This document shows positions 8,895 to 17,878 of a DNA stretch of 37,953 bases, piece after piece; the first letter of the stretch is position 1; each line of letters begins with the position of its first letter. A program made the position numbers and the translations under genes. The notes under the pieces were generated by a model. The model saw nothing but the letters and a program-made list of their open reading frames with translations. It was not told the origin of the DNA and ran no database searches. The DNA comes from a virus (Duplodnaviria; Caudoviricetes), in the IMG/VR virus record IMGVR_UViG_3300006123_000846, positions 1-37,953 of that record, one strand, 5' to 3'.

Positions 8895-9680
8895 ATGACT
8901 TTTGCATTTGATTTAATTTCTGACCTGCATGTGGAAACATGGGAACCACTGGACTGGCACGGGCAAGCTACTAGTCCAGTTTGTGTGGTAGCCGGTGACG
9001 TGGCCAAAACAGTAGATTTAACAGTGGAGACCTTGCAACATCTAAGTAAATGTTATCAAGCAGTTTTTTACATTGATGGCAACGACGAACATAGATGGCA
9101 ACTCAATGATCTAGACCAAAGCTATCAAGAAATCACTGACAAAATTTCTAACATTAAAAATGTTGTATACATGCGTGACAATGTTGTGGTAATTAATGGT
9201 GTGGCAATTTTGGCTGCCAATGGCTGGTGGAGTTTTGATTTTGATCCAACAATAGACCTGGATCAAGCTCGAGCTCACACTCAAGAATACTATCAAATTC
9301 CAGTATCAGCAATTGATTCTATGTCTCTTGCAGCCTATAACGATGCTGCATATCTTATTAACAGTGTAAAAAAATTGCAGACGCATCCGGACGTGCAATC
9401 TATTGTAATGGTAACACACACAGTACCAGCACCATGGCTGGTAGAACACGACATTGAACTGAGTTCTAGTTGGCGATTTAATACCACCGGTAATCCGCAT
9501 CTAGCACTAGCATTAGAAAACGATACTGAACACAAAATACATACATGGTGTTTTGGTCACTATCATCAACCAGTGGATCGAATTGCCAATGGCATTCGCT
9601 ATACCAATAACTGTAGAGGTCGCGGAGATACCAAATGGTGTCAACGACCTTACTATCCTAAGCGCATAGAAATAAAGTAA
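8895..9680 (+). CDS. Calcineurin-like metallophosphoesterase
   Basis: SDLH, AGD, GNDEH, VTH and FGHYH motifs; TAAATA 6 nt upstream. Confidence 0.85.
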   Translation: MTFAFDLISDLHVETWEPLDWHGQATSPVCVVAGDVAKTVDLTVETLQHLSKCYQAVFYIDGNDEHRWQLNDLDQSYQEITDKISNIKNVVYMRDNVVVINGVAILAANGWWSFDFDPTIDLDQARAHTQEYYQIPVSAIDSMSLAAYNDAAYLINSVKKLQTHPDVQSIVMVTHTVPAPWLVEHDIELSSSWRFNTTGNPHLALALENDTEHKIHTWCFGHYHQPVDRIANGIRYTNNCRGRGDTKWCQRPYYPKRIEIK

Positions 9681-9682
9681 TC

Positions 9683-9991
9683 TTAGACCAGTTCTGGTTC
9701 TAGTTTTAGCTGCAACGGATAATTTTGACTTCTAGCCGACATGGTGACTTCTACACCCTTCTGCTCGGCGATTTCATAAGGCAACACCGCCACCACCGCA
9801 CTGCCTTCGTTATGTATATTTTCTGTGATTTGTAATGCAGTGTCTGTGGTGTAACTAAACACACTGATTAAGCTTTCAATTACAAATTCTATCGAAGTTT
9901 GATTGTCATTGAGGTATATCACTTTGTACATAGGTGGTTCTTTGATGTCGTGATTGACTTGAATTTTTGTGGTAGTATCTGATTGTGACAT
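9683..9991 (-). CDS. clpS: ATP-dependent Clp protease adaptor ClpS
   Basis: PPMYKVIYLNDNQT..EFV...IH.EG.AV..V..YEIAEQK...YPL. Confidence 0.9.
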   Translation of the reverse strand: MSQSDTTTKIQVNHDIKEPPMYKVIYLNDNQTSIEFVIESLISVFSYTTDTALQITENIHNEGSAVVAVLPYEIAEQKGVEVTMSARSQNYPLQLKLEPELV

Positions 9992-10015
9992 TTGAATTCC
10001 TCTGTTGTGATAATG

Positions 10016-10035
10016 AGTGGGAGTTGCCTCCCACT
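10016..10035 (-). promoter_or_regulatory. GNRA-capped hairpin in the clpS leader
   Basis: AGTGGGAG-GCAA-CTCCCACT, 3 nt downstream of TAAATA (10039-10044); no U-tract. Confidence 0.6.
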
Positions 10036-10055
10036 GTGTATTTACTATTATTATA

Positions 10056-10514
10056 TTATTTTGTGTAGGTAATAGCTATAGTCTTTGGTTTCATTTCTTC
10101 AGGTACTTCGCGTGTTAAATTAATGGTTAACACACCTAGTTCAAGATGTGCATCTGTAATTTCCACATGATCTGCCAGTTGAAATTCTCTACGAAAACTG
10201 CGTTCGCTGATACCTTTGTGCAAGTAAGTAAATGGATAATCACCGTCTTCGGTGGTTTCTTTTTTGTGCTTGCCTTCCACAATCAAGAGATTCTTGTCTT
10301 TGGTTACTGCAAGATCATCTTGTGCAAATCCTGCCACTGCAATACTGATTGTGTACTCATCGTCATTGAGTTGCACAATATCGTAGGGCGGATAATTAGA
10401 TGTGGATTGCTGAGCATTTAATCGCATCAAATCGTCGAACAAGTTGTCAAAACCTATTCCAAATTTGTGGATCTGAGGTATATCGAAACTGCGAAGCGTA
10501 AGAGTTTTTGTCAT
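10056..10514 (-). CDS. Small heat shock protein (Hsp20/IbpA family)
   Basis: IGFD..F, NYPPYDI, IAVAGF, YLHKGISERSF.R.F.LA and LELGVL.I.L motifs. Confidence 0.95.
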   Translation of the reverse strand: MTKTLTLRSFDIPQIHKFGIGFDNLFDDLMRLNAQQSTSNYPPYDIVQLNDDEYTISIAVAGFAQDDLAVTKDKNLLIVEGKHKKETTEDGDYPFTYLHKGISERSFRREFQLADHVEITDAHLELGVLTINLTREVPEEMKPKTIAITYTK

Positions 10515-10574
10515 TTGTTTTCTCCTTTATTAAGCAAGATGACTTAGAATGTAGACCCGACCATCGGCATCTAC
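10510..10574 (-). ncRNA. ROSE-like RNA thermometer in the hsp20 5' UTR
   Basis: GUCAU-CUUGCUU-AAUA-AAGGAG-AAAACAA-AUGAC: the UUGCU strand pairs with the SD and has a bulged G, and GUCAU pairs with the start codon. A second hairpin lies at 10551-10574. Confidence 0.65.
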
Positions 10575-10578
10575 ATAG

Positions 10579-10612
10579 TATTTATTATACCAGAACTGTG
10601 ATTATATGTAAA
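10579..10612 (-). promoter_or_regulatory. Overlapping sigma70-like and late promoters for hsp20
   Basis: TTTACA-N17-TATAAT (10612-10584) merging into TAAATA (10584-10579). Confidence 0.5.
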
Positions 10613-10617
10613 GAGAA

Positions 10618-10839
10618 TTAGAATAATTTTTTTGGCAATGCTTGTGCAGTCATTTGTTTTTGCCAACGATGTTTTGCAGCAGATTTTTTTCTTTTTCTCT
10701 CAGCAGTGGGCTTTTCATAGAATTCTTTGGCTCGCAAATCATTTAACAATCCATCGTCTTGTATTTTTTTCTTGAATTTGCGTAGAGCCTTGTCTACGTT
10801 GCCATCTTTAACAATGACTGATCGGCCGTAGAGTTTCAT
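10618..10839 (-). CDS. rpsU: Ribosomal protein bS21
   Basis: [17 protein letters not shown]...EFYEKP..RKRKK.AA..R. ATGA overlap with the clpX stop. Confidence 0.92.
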   Translation of the reverse strand: MKLYGRSVIVKDGNVDKALRKFKKKIQDDGLLNDLRAKEFYEKPTAERKRKKSAAKHRWQKQMTAQALPKKLF

Positions 10840-12032
10840 GAATTTTGTTGTATCAGTGTCATAGGTGTATTTATCAGCTCTTTATCGATAATTACTTGCA
10901 GTATGTTTTGACGACGATATCGCGGCAAGTCAAACATATGAGGCAACAGCACACGTTCTAGTTCGGTCTGTAGACCACGAGCTCCAGTTTTTGTTTCAAG
11001 AGTGCGATCCGCTATGGTATCTAAACTTTCTGCATCAAACTCCAAAGAAACTCCGTCCTGATCAAATAACCATTGGTATTGACTGACAAAATTGTTTTTT
11101 ACCACAGTCAGTATGTCTATCAGTTGCGGTTTGGTCAATGCTTGCAGTTGCACGTGATTGCCAAATCTGCCTACAAATTCAGGAATCATACCATAGCGCA
11201 CAATATCGTCGGCAGTGACTGCCACTGATAACGTAGGTGAGGTCAAGCTAGCACCAAATCCCATGCTGGTTCCTTGAACACGAGTTTTTACAATAGAGTC
11301 TAGTCCAACAAATGCACCACCTGCAATAAACAAAATATCAGTTGTATCAATTTCTACTGTTTCTGCGGCAGCGGATTTTCTGTTGCCTTGTACAGGTACT
11401 TTGCACTTGGTACCTTCGACCAGTTTTAACAAAGCCTGTTGTACACCTTCGCCACTTACATCTCTTGTGACAGTGGCACTTTCACTTTTTCTTGCTATTT
11501 TGTCTACTTCGTCTAGGAATACTATTCCACGTTGACAACGCTGGACATCACCATTTGAGGCTGCATACAACCTTCCTATTAGACTTTCCACATCATCGCC
11601 CACATACCCTGCCTCAGTCAACGTGGTAGCATCTGCCACCACAAATGGTACATCTAGATATTGTGCAGCAGATCGAGCCAGCAGTGTTTTTCCTGTGCCG
11701 GTCGGGCCAATCATCAAGATATTGACTTTTTGTATTTCAATATCAGTGGTTTTACCAATTCGCTTGTAGTGGTTGGCAATGGCCACAGACAATACTTTTT
11801 TTGCCTGATCTTGCCCAACCACATGACGGTCGAGAAATTCTTTTATGTCTCGAGGATCTGGTAGTGCAGTCTTTGGTGTGTTGTTAACCGCAGTTTTTTT
11901 TCTTTCTTTGAGCAAAGCTTCACAAAAATCCACACAGGCATCACAGATAGCTGCATTATTACCTACAATGAGTTTGACTACTTGATCTTTGTGTTTGGCA
12001 CAGAAACTGCAATGAACAATAGATTCAGCCAT
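10836..12032 (-). CDS. clpX: ClpX AAA+ unfoldase
   Basis: C4 zinc domain CSFC..ICDAC, Walker [13 protein letters not shown] pore loop, Walker [22 protein letters not shown] and TGARGL. Confidence 0.95.
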   Translation of the reverse strand: MAESIVHCSFCAKHKDQVVKLIVGNNAAICDACVDFCEALLKERKKTAVNNTPKTALPDPRDIKEFLDRHVVGQDQAKKVLSVAIANHYKRIGKTTDIEIQKVNILMIGPTGTGKTLLARSAAQYLDVPFVVADATTLTEAGYVGDDVESLIGRLYAASNGDVQRCQRGIVFLDEVDKIARKSESATVTRDVSGEGVQQALLKLVEGTKCKVPVQGNRKSAAAETVEIDTTDILFIAGGAFVGLDSIVKTRVQGTSMGFGASLTSPTLSVAVTADDIVRYGMIPEFVGRFGNHVQLQALTKPQLIDILTVVKNNFVSQYQWLFDQDGVSLEFDAESLDTIADRTLETKTGARGLQTELERVLLPHMFDLPRYRRQNILQVIIDKELINTPMTLIQQNS

Positions 12033-12035
12033 ATG

Positions 12036-13508
12036 TTATGTGGGTTTGTTGTTTAGTCTGAGCGCTATGCCGTCTTTTTCTGACTCACTCAATAGGTCTG
12101 GGTCGTACTCGCCAGAATCTATTTTTTCTATTAGATGATCTATATATGCTTCATCATACACATAACTGTCACTGACATTTTTATCAACTTCTATCCAGGT
12201 ATTGCCATTGAACTTGTACAAGGCACTGGGCAGTCGATCTGTTCTCAACCACATGTCACCTTTTTTAATCCAATCAGTGGGAAATGCTGATCCAAATCCT
12301 CGCATGACTCCAGTGGCACGTGGCGACTCGTTGTCTGCTATTAATCCTAACTCTTCATAATTAGCCTGATGTTGTTCCTTGATGTGATTGTGAATCTGAT
12401 CCTGTATCCAATGGTCGTGATCTGTTTGGTTTTCAAACTCTATAGTTTCTCCACTGGTAGAGTCAAAAACATCACATTCTTTATTAGGACAAAATGGTCC
12501 TATACCCGGAGCAACAATTAGCGGCGTTCCGCATCGGTAGCAAGGATCAAGTGTGGGGTCTGACTCAGGGAACAACGAAGATGTAGTTACTGTATTTTCT
12601 GGTGGTTCAGGAATAGATTTTCTAAAAGCCTCCATGTATTCTTCTGACGGCAGGCCATCATCAGCTTCGTAGGCTTTTTCTTCTTCAGTTGGTTTTTCGC
12701 CAACATCTGTATCCAATTCTGCAATAGTAGGATGCTCTTGTTCTTCTTTTTGTTCTCTAGCCCAACCAAATGTCATTTGACTGGCCAGCAACATAATAAC
12801 TGCCAATGGATCAAATACAATAACAATTAAGATAATGATCCAGGTAACTGCTCGTTCGAGCATGGAGGCGTCTGGTGCGGTACCGTAGATAAAGGCAGCG
12901 ATATACTTAATTGGGCCAACTTCGGCGTCAACCTTGCGTACTTCAGCACGTATTGGAGCCGCTTGGTCGTTAAGATCAGCAATAAGTTTCTGCTGGGATT
13001 CAATATCTTTGGCAAGCGAACCACGGTCCTTTTGCTGACTCTTACGGATACTGTTTGCCTTGTCCGCACCGCCTTCTGATGTTGAGCGTGCCATGATCTG
13101 GTCCACCGCTTCATCCATCTGTTTAAGTTGTTTGCGGTCGGCTTCAATATTCTCTCGGGCAGTTTTGATCTTTTCATCAAAGATAGCGATTTTGCTTTGA
13201 ACATCGCCTGATACAAGATTCTGGTCATTATGTGCTTTCGAAAGGAATCCAAAAATACCCATTGAGGTAATTAACATTAATACAACTACCGCAGTGGTCA
13301 TGTAATATCGCATAAACCCGGGTGCACGGTGCCAGTTGGCTTTTAACCATGAGGCACAGACCAGCTTGCCAATTTCCAAGGCCGAGCCCATGATGACAAT
13401 GGGTATTGCAGCCGCAGAAAATATAGCAGTCAGGCCCACCACTGAGTAATAAATTGCCACGCCAGAGATGGTAAGTCCAGTGAGCAACAGAAGATATGCT
13501 AGTATCAT
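12036..13508 (-). CDS. Membrane protein with coiled coil, acidic linker and zinc ribbon
   Basis: N-terminal TM helices, a long heptad region, a further TM, then CYRC...CPNKEC. TAAATA 7 nt upstream of the ATG. Confidence 0.7.
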   Translation of the reverse strand: MILAYLLLLTGLTISGVAIYYSVVGLTAIFSAAAIPIVIMGSALEIGKLVCASWLKANWHRAPGFMRYYMTTAVVVLMLITSMGIFGFLSKAHNDQNLVSGDVQSKIAIFDEKIKTARENIEADRKQLKQMDEAVDQIMARSTSEGGADKANSIRKSQQKDRGSLAKDIESQQKLIADLNDQAAPIRAEVRKVDAEVGPIKYIAAFIYGTAPDASMLERAVTWIIILIVIVFDPLAVIMLLASQMTFGWAREQKEEQEHPTIAELDTDVGEKPTEEEKAYEADDGLPSEEYMEAFRKSIPEPPENTVTTSSLFPESDPTLDPCYRCGTPLIVAPGIGPFCPNKECDVFDSTSGETIEFENQTDHDHWIQDQIHNHIKEQHQANYEELGLIADNESPRATGVMRGFGSAFPTDWIKKGDMWLRTDRLPSALYKFNGNTWIEVDKNVSDSYVYDEAYIDHLIEKIDSGEYDPDLLSESEKDGIALRLNNKPT

Positions 13509-13529
13509 AAGTTAGTATTTACCGTGTTT

Positions 13530-14090
13530 TTAACTCCAAACTTGATGTTTTTCTGCCACCCATTCAGAGCCATCATATTCATCTATTTGCCATTCAACAT
13601 CAGCGGGAATTTCTATAATTTTTAATTTGGCATGCTCGCCACTGGCATCATCGCCCATTTCTTGTACCACTTTGACAAGCACTGGATCATCTCTGTCAAT
13701 GTCTCGTTCCCAGTATTCATGACCACATACCATTATGAGAGGTCCTTTTTTAAATTGCGTATCTCGATCAGGTTGATCCTCCAGGGTAAAAGCAATACCG
13801 CTTAGTGTGAGATATTTAACTTTGGCCTCATGACTTAGGCCAAACCCACCATGCTGATCATTAATTACCACACGTCGGATACCTTTTAAGTGTCTTATTA
13901 GTTCGTTGTAGTCAGGGTTTGATTCATCTTGATCTGGATCCATGTACTGCGAGGCCATGTCGCACATGCAGCTAAAACAGGTAGGGCAAAAAGATACTGG
14001 TAGCATACCAAAGTTTCCTTCTACCCCACCTTCGTCGTCGGTGTATTCACAACTGCAGACATTGCATTGATGTGTATCAGTCATCGGCAA
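13530..14090 (-). CDS. Phage protein: Cys-rich N-domain fused to a GGFGLS domain
   Basis: CNVC...CPTCFSCMC, then VVIN..HGGFGLS...RDDPVLV...IDEYDGSEWVAE. Confidence 0.7.
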   Translation of the reverse strand: MPMTDTHQCNVCSCEYTDDEGGVEGNFGMLPVSFCPTCFSCMCDMASQYMDPDQDESNPDYNELIRHLKGIRRVVINDQHGGFGLSHEAKVKYLTLSGIAFTLEDQPDRDTQFKKGPLIMVCGHEYWERDIDRDDPVLVKVVQEMGDDASGEHAKLKIIEIPADVEWQIDEYDGSEWVAEKHQVWS

Positions 14091-14296
14091 GTTTCTAAGT
14101 ATTGATCAAATGTTTTTACAGCTTCGTCGAACTCTAGTGCCCATACTTTGGCATAAATTATGCCGTCGGTGATGGACATGTCAAAAGGTATCACCCCATT
14201 AAATCTAAAGTTTTCTGGAACATCAGTGGTAATGGTATATTCATTTAGATTTTTTGCTCTGGTAATCAGCGCATCAACCATGTCTTTGGTGCTCAT
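14081..14296 (-). CDS. Hypothetical protein
   Basis: AAGGA RBS; tightly packed with neighbours. Confidence 0.65.
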   Translation of the reverse strand: MSTKDMVDALITRAKNLNEYTITTDVPENFRFNGVIPFDMSITDGIIYAKVWALEFDEAVKTFDQYLETCR

Positions 14297-14307
14297 TGCG
14301 TATCCTT

Positions 14308-14481
14308 TTACGATTTGTCGGACTTGTTTTTGTGATTGCTACTGCTTCTGCCGCGACCTTCAGACTCAATGATCCGAACAAATCCACGAATAAATTCGCC
14401 ACGTTTGTGTGGATCTAAAATCAATGCCGCTGAGCGTTTGATTTGTTTAGGCAATTTAATTGCTTTTGAATCGTATGCCAT
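14308..14481 (-). CDS. 57-aa basic hypothetical protein
   Basis: Not in the track. MAYDSKAIKLPKQIKRSAALILDPHKRGEFIRGFVRII... fills the gap between neighbours. Confidence 0.6.
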   Translation of the reverse strand: MAYDSKAIKLPKQIKRSAALILDPHKRGEFIRGFVRIIESEGRGRSSSNHKNKSDKS

Positions 14482-14484
14482 GTA

Positions 14485-14676
14485 TTATTCTTTAGTCATT
14501 GCAGCTGCTTCGGTGATCACTGCAATAAGATCATCCAAAGTATTGCAAAGAATCTTTGAAGTAGCCCAATCATCTTCTTCATTCCTTCCGCCAATTTCAA
14601 CCATGAAACCGTTGTCATACATGTTGACAGTAAAGTTGTCACTGACTTTTGCTAATTTATCACTGATTTTTGCCAT
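14485..14676 (-). CDS. Hypothetical protein
   Basis: 63 aa, AAGGA RBS, operonic packing. Confidence 0.7.
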   Translation of the reverse strand: MAKISDKLAKVSDNFTVNMYDNGFMVEIGGRNEEDDWATSKILCNTLDDLIAVITEAAAMTKE

Positions 14677-14911
14677 TTTGTTTTTCCTTTAGTTGTTTAT
14701 CTAACTCTCTCCAAGCTTCTTCTTCCTCGGGCGTGATGGCCTCGTGGTCGACTTTCTTGGTTAATTGCCATGAACCGTCTTTGAGATCAGTCCATACTAT
14801 TACATCTCCTTCACGCCAACCTGTTTCGGCAAGTAGGTCTTCTGGAAATGTTAATATACCATCACCTGTTGCTGGATCTTCTTCAATGGTCAATGTCCAC
14901 GATTTATTCAT
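14660..14911 (-). CDS. AbrB/MazE/SpoVT-like DNA-binding protein
   Basis: ILTFPEDLLAETGWREGDVIVW fits the swapped-hairpin signature (P......G...GD). Confidence 0.65.
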   Translation of the reverse strand: MNKSWTLTIEEDPATGDGILTFPEDLLAETGWREGDVIVWTDLKDGSWQLTKKVDHEAITPEEEEAWRELDKQLKEKQNGKNQ

Positions 14912-14912
14912 A

Positions 14913-15017
14913 TCAAAATATCTGTAGTATTACTGTAATAGCAATCAACATAAGTGCTATGTCACCTTCGCCGGTCAACAATGCAATTATTACGGCAATA
15001 CCAATCCATAAGATCAT
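14913..15017 (-). CDS. 34-aa hydrophobic peptide
   Basis: MILWIGIAVIIALLTGEGDIALMLIAITVILQIF; fills a gap. Confidence 0.4.
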   Translation of the reverse strand: MILWIGIAVIIALLTGEGDIALMLIAITVILQIF

Positions 15018-15066
15018 GATGGTAAGCCGATCAATAGCTCAATAACAATTACTAGGACTGCTTGCA

Positions 15067-16497
15067 TTACAATTTCTCCCCTGCTTCAAAACCACGGAAT
15101 CTTACAAATCTTGGAAATCTCAATGAGTATGATCCGTCTTGATTTTGAGTAACTGCGTCAGCTTGTACTTCAACCACTCGACCGAGCAAATCGCCCCGGG
15201 CACTCCAATACTGATCACGATCGCTATCAGACAAGCCACTACCAACATTAACACGTATAGCTCTATCATTGTCGACTCCTTCACAAATTATAGCACCCAA
15301 CCTGCCTGCATTGCGACCAGTGCCTTCCTCAAATCCTGTGATATTGAGGTCTACAGTTATGGTGGGTTTCCATTTCATCCAAGCACTGGATCGTTTGCAT
15401 TCATAGGGTGCATCTATATCTTTGATCATGATGCCTTCATAACCTTGTGCTACACTTGCTTCGGCAAACCTACGCATGACATCATGCCCTTCTGCAGTAT
15501 CTAAATCAACTGTCATGCCTGGCATGATTCTGACGCAGTCTGTTGTATCCAGTAGAGGCTTGAATTTATCAAGTATTTCTAAACGTATAGCCTGATCATA
15601 TTTCCATATGCCTTCTCTAAATGCCGGCAGTGGCACAATATCAAACACATGATAGATCATACCGTCAGTACGAGCATCACTTTTTCGATGTGCTTGGCGC
15701 ATGAGTTGTTGAAAACTTTCGCCCACAATCTCACCATCCAGTACATAACCACGACCACCACTGAAATCCACACCTGGTAATTTATTTAATAGCGGTGTCA
15801 ACGCATCAGAGATTTGTGGAAAGTTTTCAAACGGCTTGCCGTTGCGACTGAACAAGTTTACTGTGTTACTGGTCACAACTGCCAGTACTCGTACGCCATC
15901 CAGCTTGACTTCCAGGCGTTTGGTGTCTTTTAGTTTGGCAGGGTGATCATTTGAGTCTTGTGCCAGTTGACAACTAAACACAGGAATCTTCCATGCTGTT
16001 TTGCCCAGCACTTTGTTCAGTGTTTTTTCACTGATACCACAGCGTAGATCTTTGATGATAACTCTGCGACACAGACCATTCCACTCATCACTGTCAAACT
16101 CTTGACTCATCTGCTCAATGGATTCTCGAGCAGCATTGCCAGTCACACTACGAAGGCGCAAGGCTTCTAACAGTCCCCAAAATGCGGGCCATGGATTAGA
16201 CCGGCCTTCAAGGCCAACTGTTTCAGGAACTTGTCTTACTCCAAACACATAAAATGGATTGTAGGCTTGATAGCAGTTGAAAAGAAAACATTCAGCATTG
16301 GCACTGCCTAGTCGGGATGCCATGAGTGCTTTTTCAATTACTTTTTCTTTGTGTATTCTACTGTCACTGCTTTCGAGATCGCGGATCCAATCTGCCGCCA
16401 ATTTAAGTCCTTTGAATTTTTTGTCGGAGAAATCTACTCCTACGCCGTCGAGACTCATATATTTACGCTTTCCTGAAGCTGTCATAAAGGCTGGCAT
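15067..16497 (-). CDS. ATP-dependent DNA ligase
   Basis: EVKLDGVR (I), LDGEI (III), YHVFD (IIIa), EGIMIK (IV), WMKWK (V) and SLRFPRF (VI). Confidence 0.95.
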   Translation of the reverse strand: MPAFMTASGKRKYMSLDGVGVDFSDKKFKGLKLAADWIRDLESSDSRIHKEKVIEKALMASRLGSANAECFLFNCYQAYNPFYVFGVRQVPETVGLEGRSNPWPAFWGLLEALRLRSVTGNAARESIEQMSQEFDSDEWNGLCRRVIIKDLRCGISEKTLNKVLGKTAWKIPVFSCQLAQDSNDHPAKLKDTKRLEVKLDGVRVLAVVTSNTVNLFSRNGKPFENFPQISDALTPLLNKLPGVDFSGGRGYVLDGEIVGESFQQLMRQAHRKSDARTDGMIYHVFDIVPLPAFREGIWKYDQAIRLEILDKFKPLLDTTDCVRIMPGMTVDLDTAEGHDVMRRFAEASVAQGYEGIMIKDIDAPYECKRSSAWMKWKPTITVDLNITGFEEGTGRNAGRLGAIICEGVDNDRAIRVNVGSGLSDSDRDQYWSARGDLLGRVVEVQADAVTQNQDGSYSLRFPRFVRFRGFEAGEKL

Positions 16498-17267
16498 TAT
16501 CGTATGGTCACTTGACCAATCACTGCACCAGGCTTTTGTAGCGCGGCATCTCGTCTAGCTTTGTATTCCTCGTTGTCAACTGGCAACAAATTCACAGTGG
16601 TCACTGCAGATGTTGCCTGAGCCACTGGTGCTACTGCAGGAGCGGCTTGACTTACAGGACTGGTTTTGGCCTGAGGTTGTATCTCGCGATCAAGTTCGCG
16701 TTGTAGTGCTTCGTCTGAATCTGTATTTTGACTACGTTGCTGTTGTTGCGCTTTGAGCAGTCTATTGGCATCGCCCACTGGGTAACGAACTAAAATAAAT
16801 GTTCTATAACTGCGATTTTCGCTGACAACTCTGGCATCTTCAATCCTGAAACCTGTCATCACAGTGTTGGCAATGATTTTCTTCACTGTCACACTGGTCT
16901 TGTCTGTGACCACTGATCCTGCGTTGTCAGATTTTTGTTGTTTGATCATGGCATTTAGTACACCATTCAAGGTGTCTGCCATTTTCATTTGACTATCTAG
17001 CACAGCTTTTTCACGACTCATGGCCAAATCAGAACTTACTCCTGTGCCTGCAAAATACATGTAATCGTCAGTGGCTTCTGGGGGTTTGATATACCAAGTA
17101 GGCAAGTCAATGGTCATTGGACTTTCTACCTTGCCAGCAGCTGCAATGGTCTGATCCTTGGTCACAGGTGGCGTCACTGACGGAATTGGTGCAGATGCCT
17201 GTGGCGGCACTGTGGAACAACCTGCTAGAACAGCAAGCACGGCACTGGCAATAATTAGACGTTTCAT
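16497..17267 (-). CDS. Lipoprotein (LPP20-like)
   Basis: Lipobox LAGC; PTWY...AGTGVS.D...SREKA pattern. Confidence 0.75.
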   Translation of the reverse strand: MKRLIIASAVLAVLAGCSTVPPQASAPIPSVTPPVTKDQTIAAAGKVESPMTIDLPTWYIKPPEATDDYMYFAGTGVSSDLAMSREKAVLDSQMKMADTLNGVLNAMIKQQKSDNAGSVVTDKTSVTVKKIIANTVMTGFRIEDARVVSENRSYRTFILVRYPVGDANRLLKAQQQQRSQNTDSDEALQRELDREIQPQAKTSPVSQAAPAVAPVAQATSAVTTVNLLPVDNEEYKARRDAALQKPGAVIGQVTIR

Positions 17268-17299
17268 GATTTCTCCTGTGGATTGTGACTAATAAATTA

Positions 17300-17328
17300 A
17301 TTGTAACAGAATGTTTACCATTTGTCAA
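17300..17328 (-). promoter_or_regulatory. sigma70-type promoter
   Basis: TTGACA-N17-TACAAT upstream of the lipoprotein/ligase unit. Confidence 0.65.
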
Positions 17329-17878
17329 CCACTTGCCATTCGTCATCACGAATTCGGCAAATGATACCTTGTCGTTGTATGATATCACCCACACTGGGTT
17401 CAGTTTCTATAAACCACCGACAAAATGTATTACGATATTCAAATCTACGTGGATAAGTTGGATGTGGAGCAACTTCGCTTTCTCGTATTTGATCACCAAT
17501 CTTTACTGCATGAGTTCGGGCTATGCTTTGATCAGTGCAAACCATGTCTTGTTCCACACTTACAGAATTCACACCAGATTGAGTTAGAAATTTTCTACGA
17601 CTGGAGTTCAAGGCCTGGGTGCACAGTGGGTCAGTATTTGGAACTCGTGGTCCAACGGCTTCGCCTTCAATGGTGTACCATTCTCCAGCCACTTGAGCTC
17701 GAAAGTTTACCACACATTTGTTCTGTGTGTCCCCCACAGGCGTCACTGTTTTTTGTATGTTGGCAATGGCCACCATTTGATCTTGAACACGATTGTTCAT
17801 AGCAATGCGACTGTAACAGTCAGCCTGAGCTGAATTCACAAACAATGTTAGAACGATTAAAGATAGCCTGCTGGACAT
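17315..17878 (-). CDS. Secreted Cys-containing hypothetical protein
   Basis: Signal peptide MSSRLSLIVLTLFVNSAQA; six Cys. Confidence 0.7.
   Translation of the reverse strand: MSSRLSLIVLTLFVNSAQADCYSRIAMNNRVQDQMVAIANIQKTVTPVGDTQNKCVVNFRAQVAGEWYTIEGEAVGPRVPNTDPLCTQALNSSRRKFLTQSGVNSVSVEQDMVCTDQSIARTHAVKIGDQIRESEVAPHPTYPRRFEYRNTFCRWFIETEPSVGDIIQRQGIICRIRDDEWQVVDKW

Noticed and set aside
10016-10035. Intrinsic terminator for hsp20
   Set aside because: No U-tract follows the stem, and it lies just downstream of a TAAATA motif, so a leader hairpin fits better.
9683-12032. Bacterial chromosomal origin suggested by clpX, clpS, rpsU and iscUA
   Set aside because: The bacterial operon partners (clpP/lon, clpA, dnaG, iscRS/hscBA) are absent, and the genes are interleaved with PAAR, tail and T4-like genes and late-promoter motifs.
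14660-14911. Toxin-antitoxin pair around the AbrB/MazE-like gene
   Set aside because: Neighbouring ORFs show no MazF, PIN/VapC or other recognisable toxin motif.
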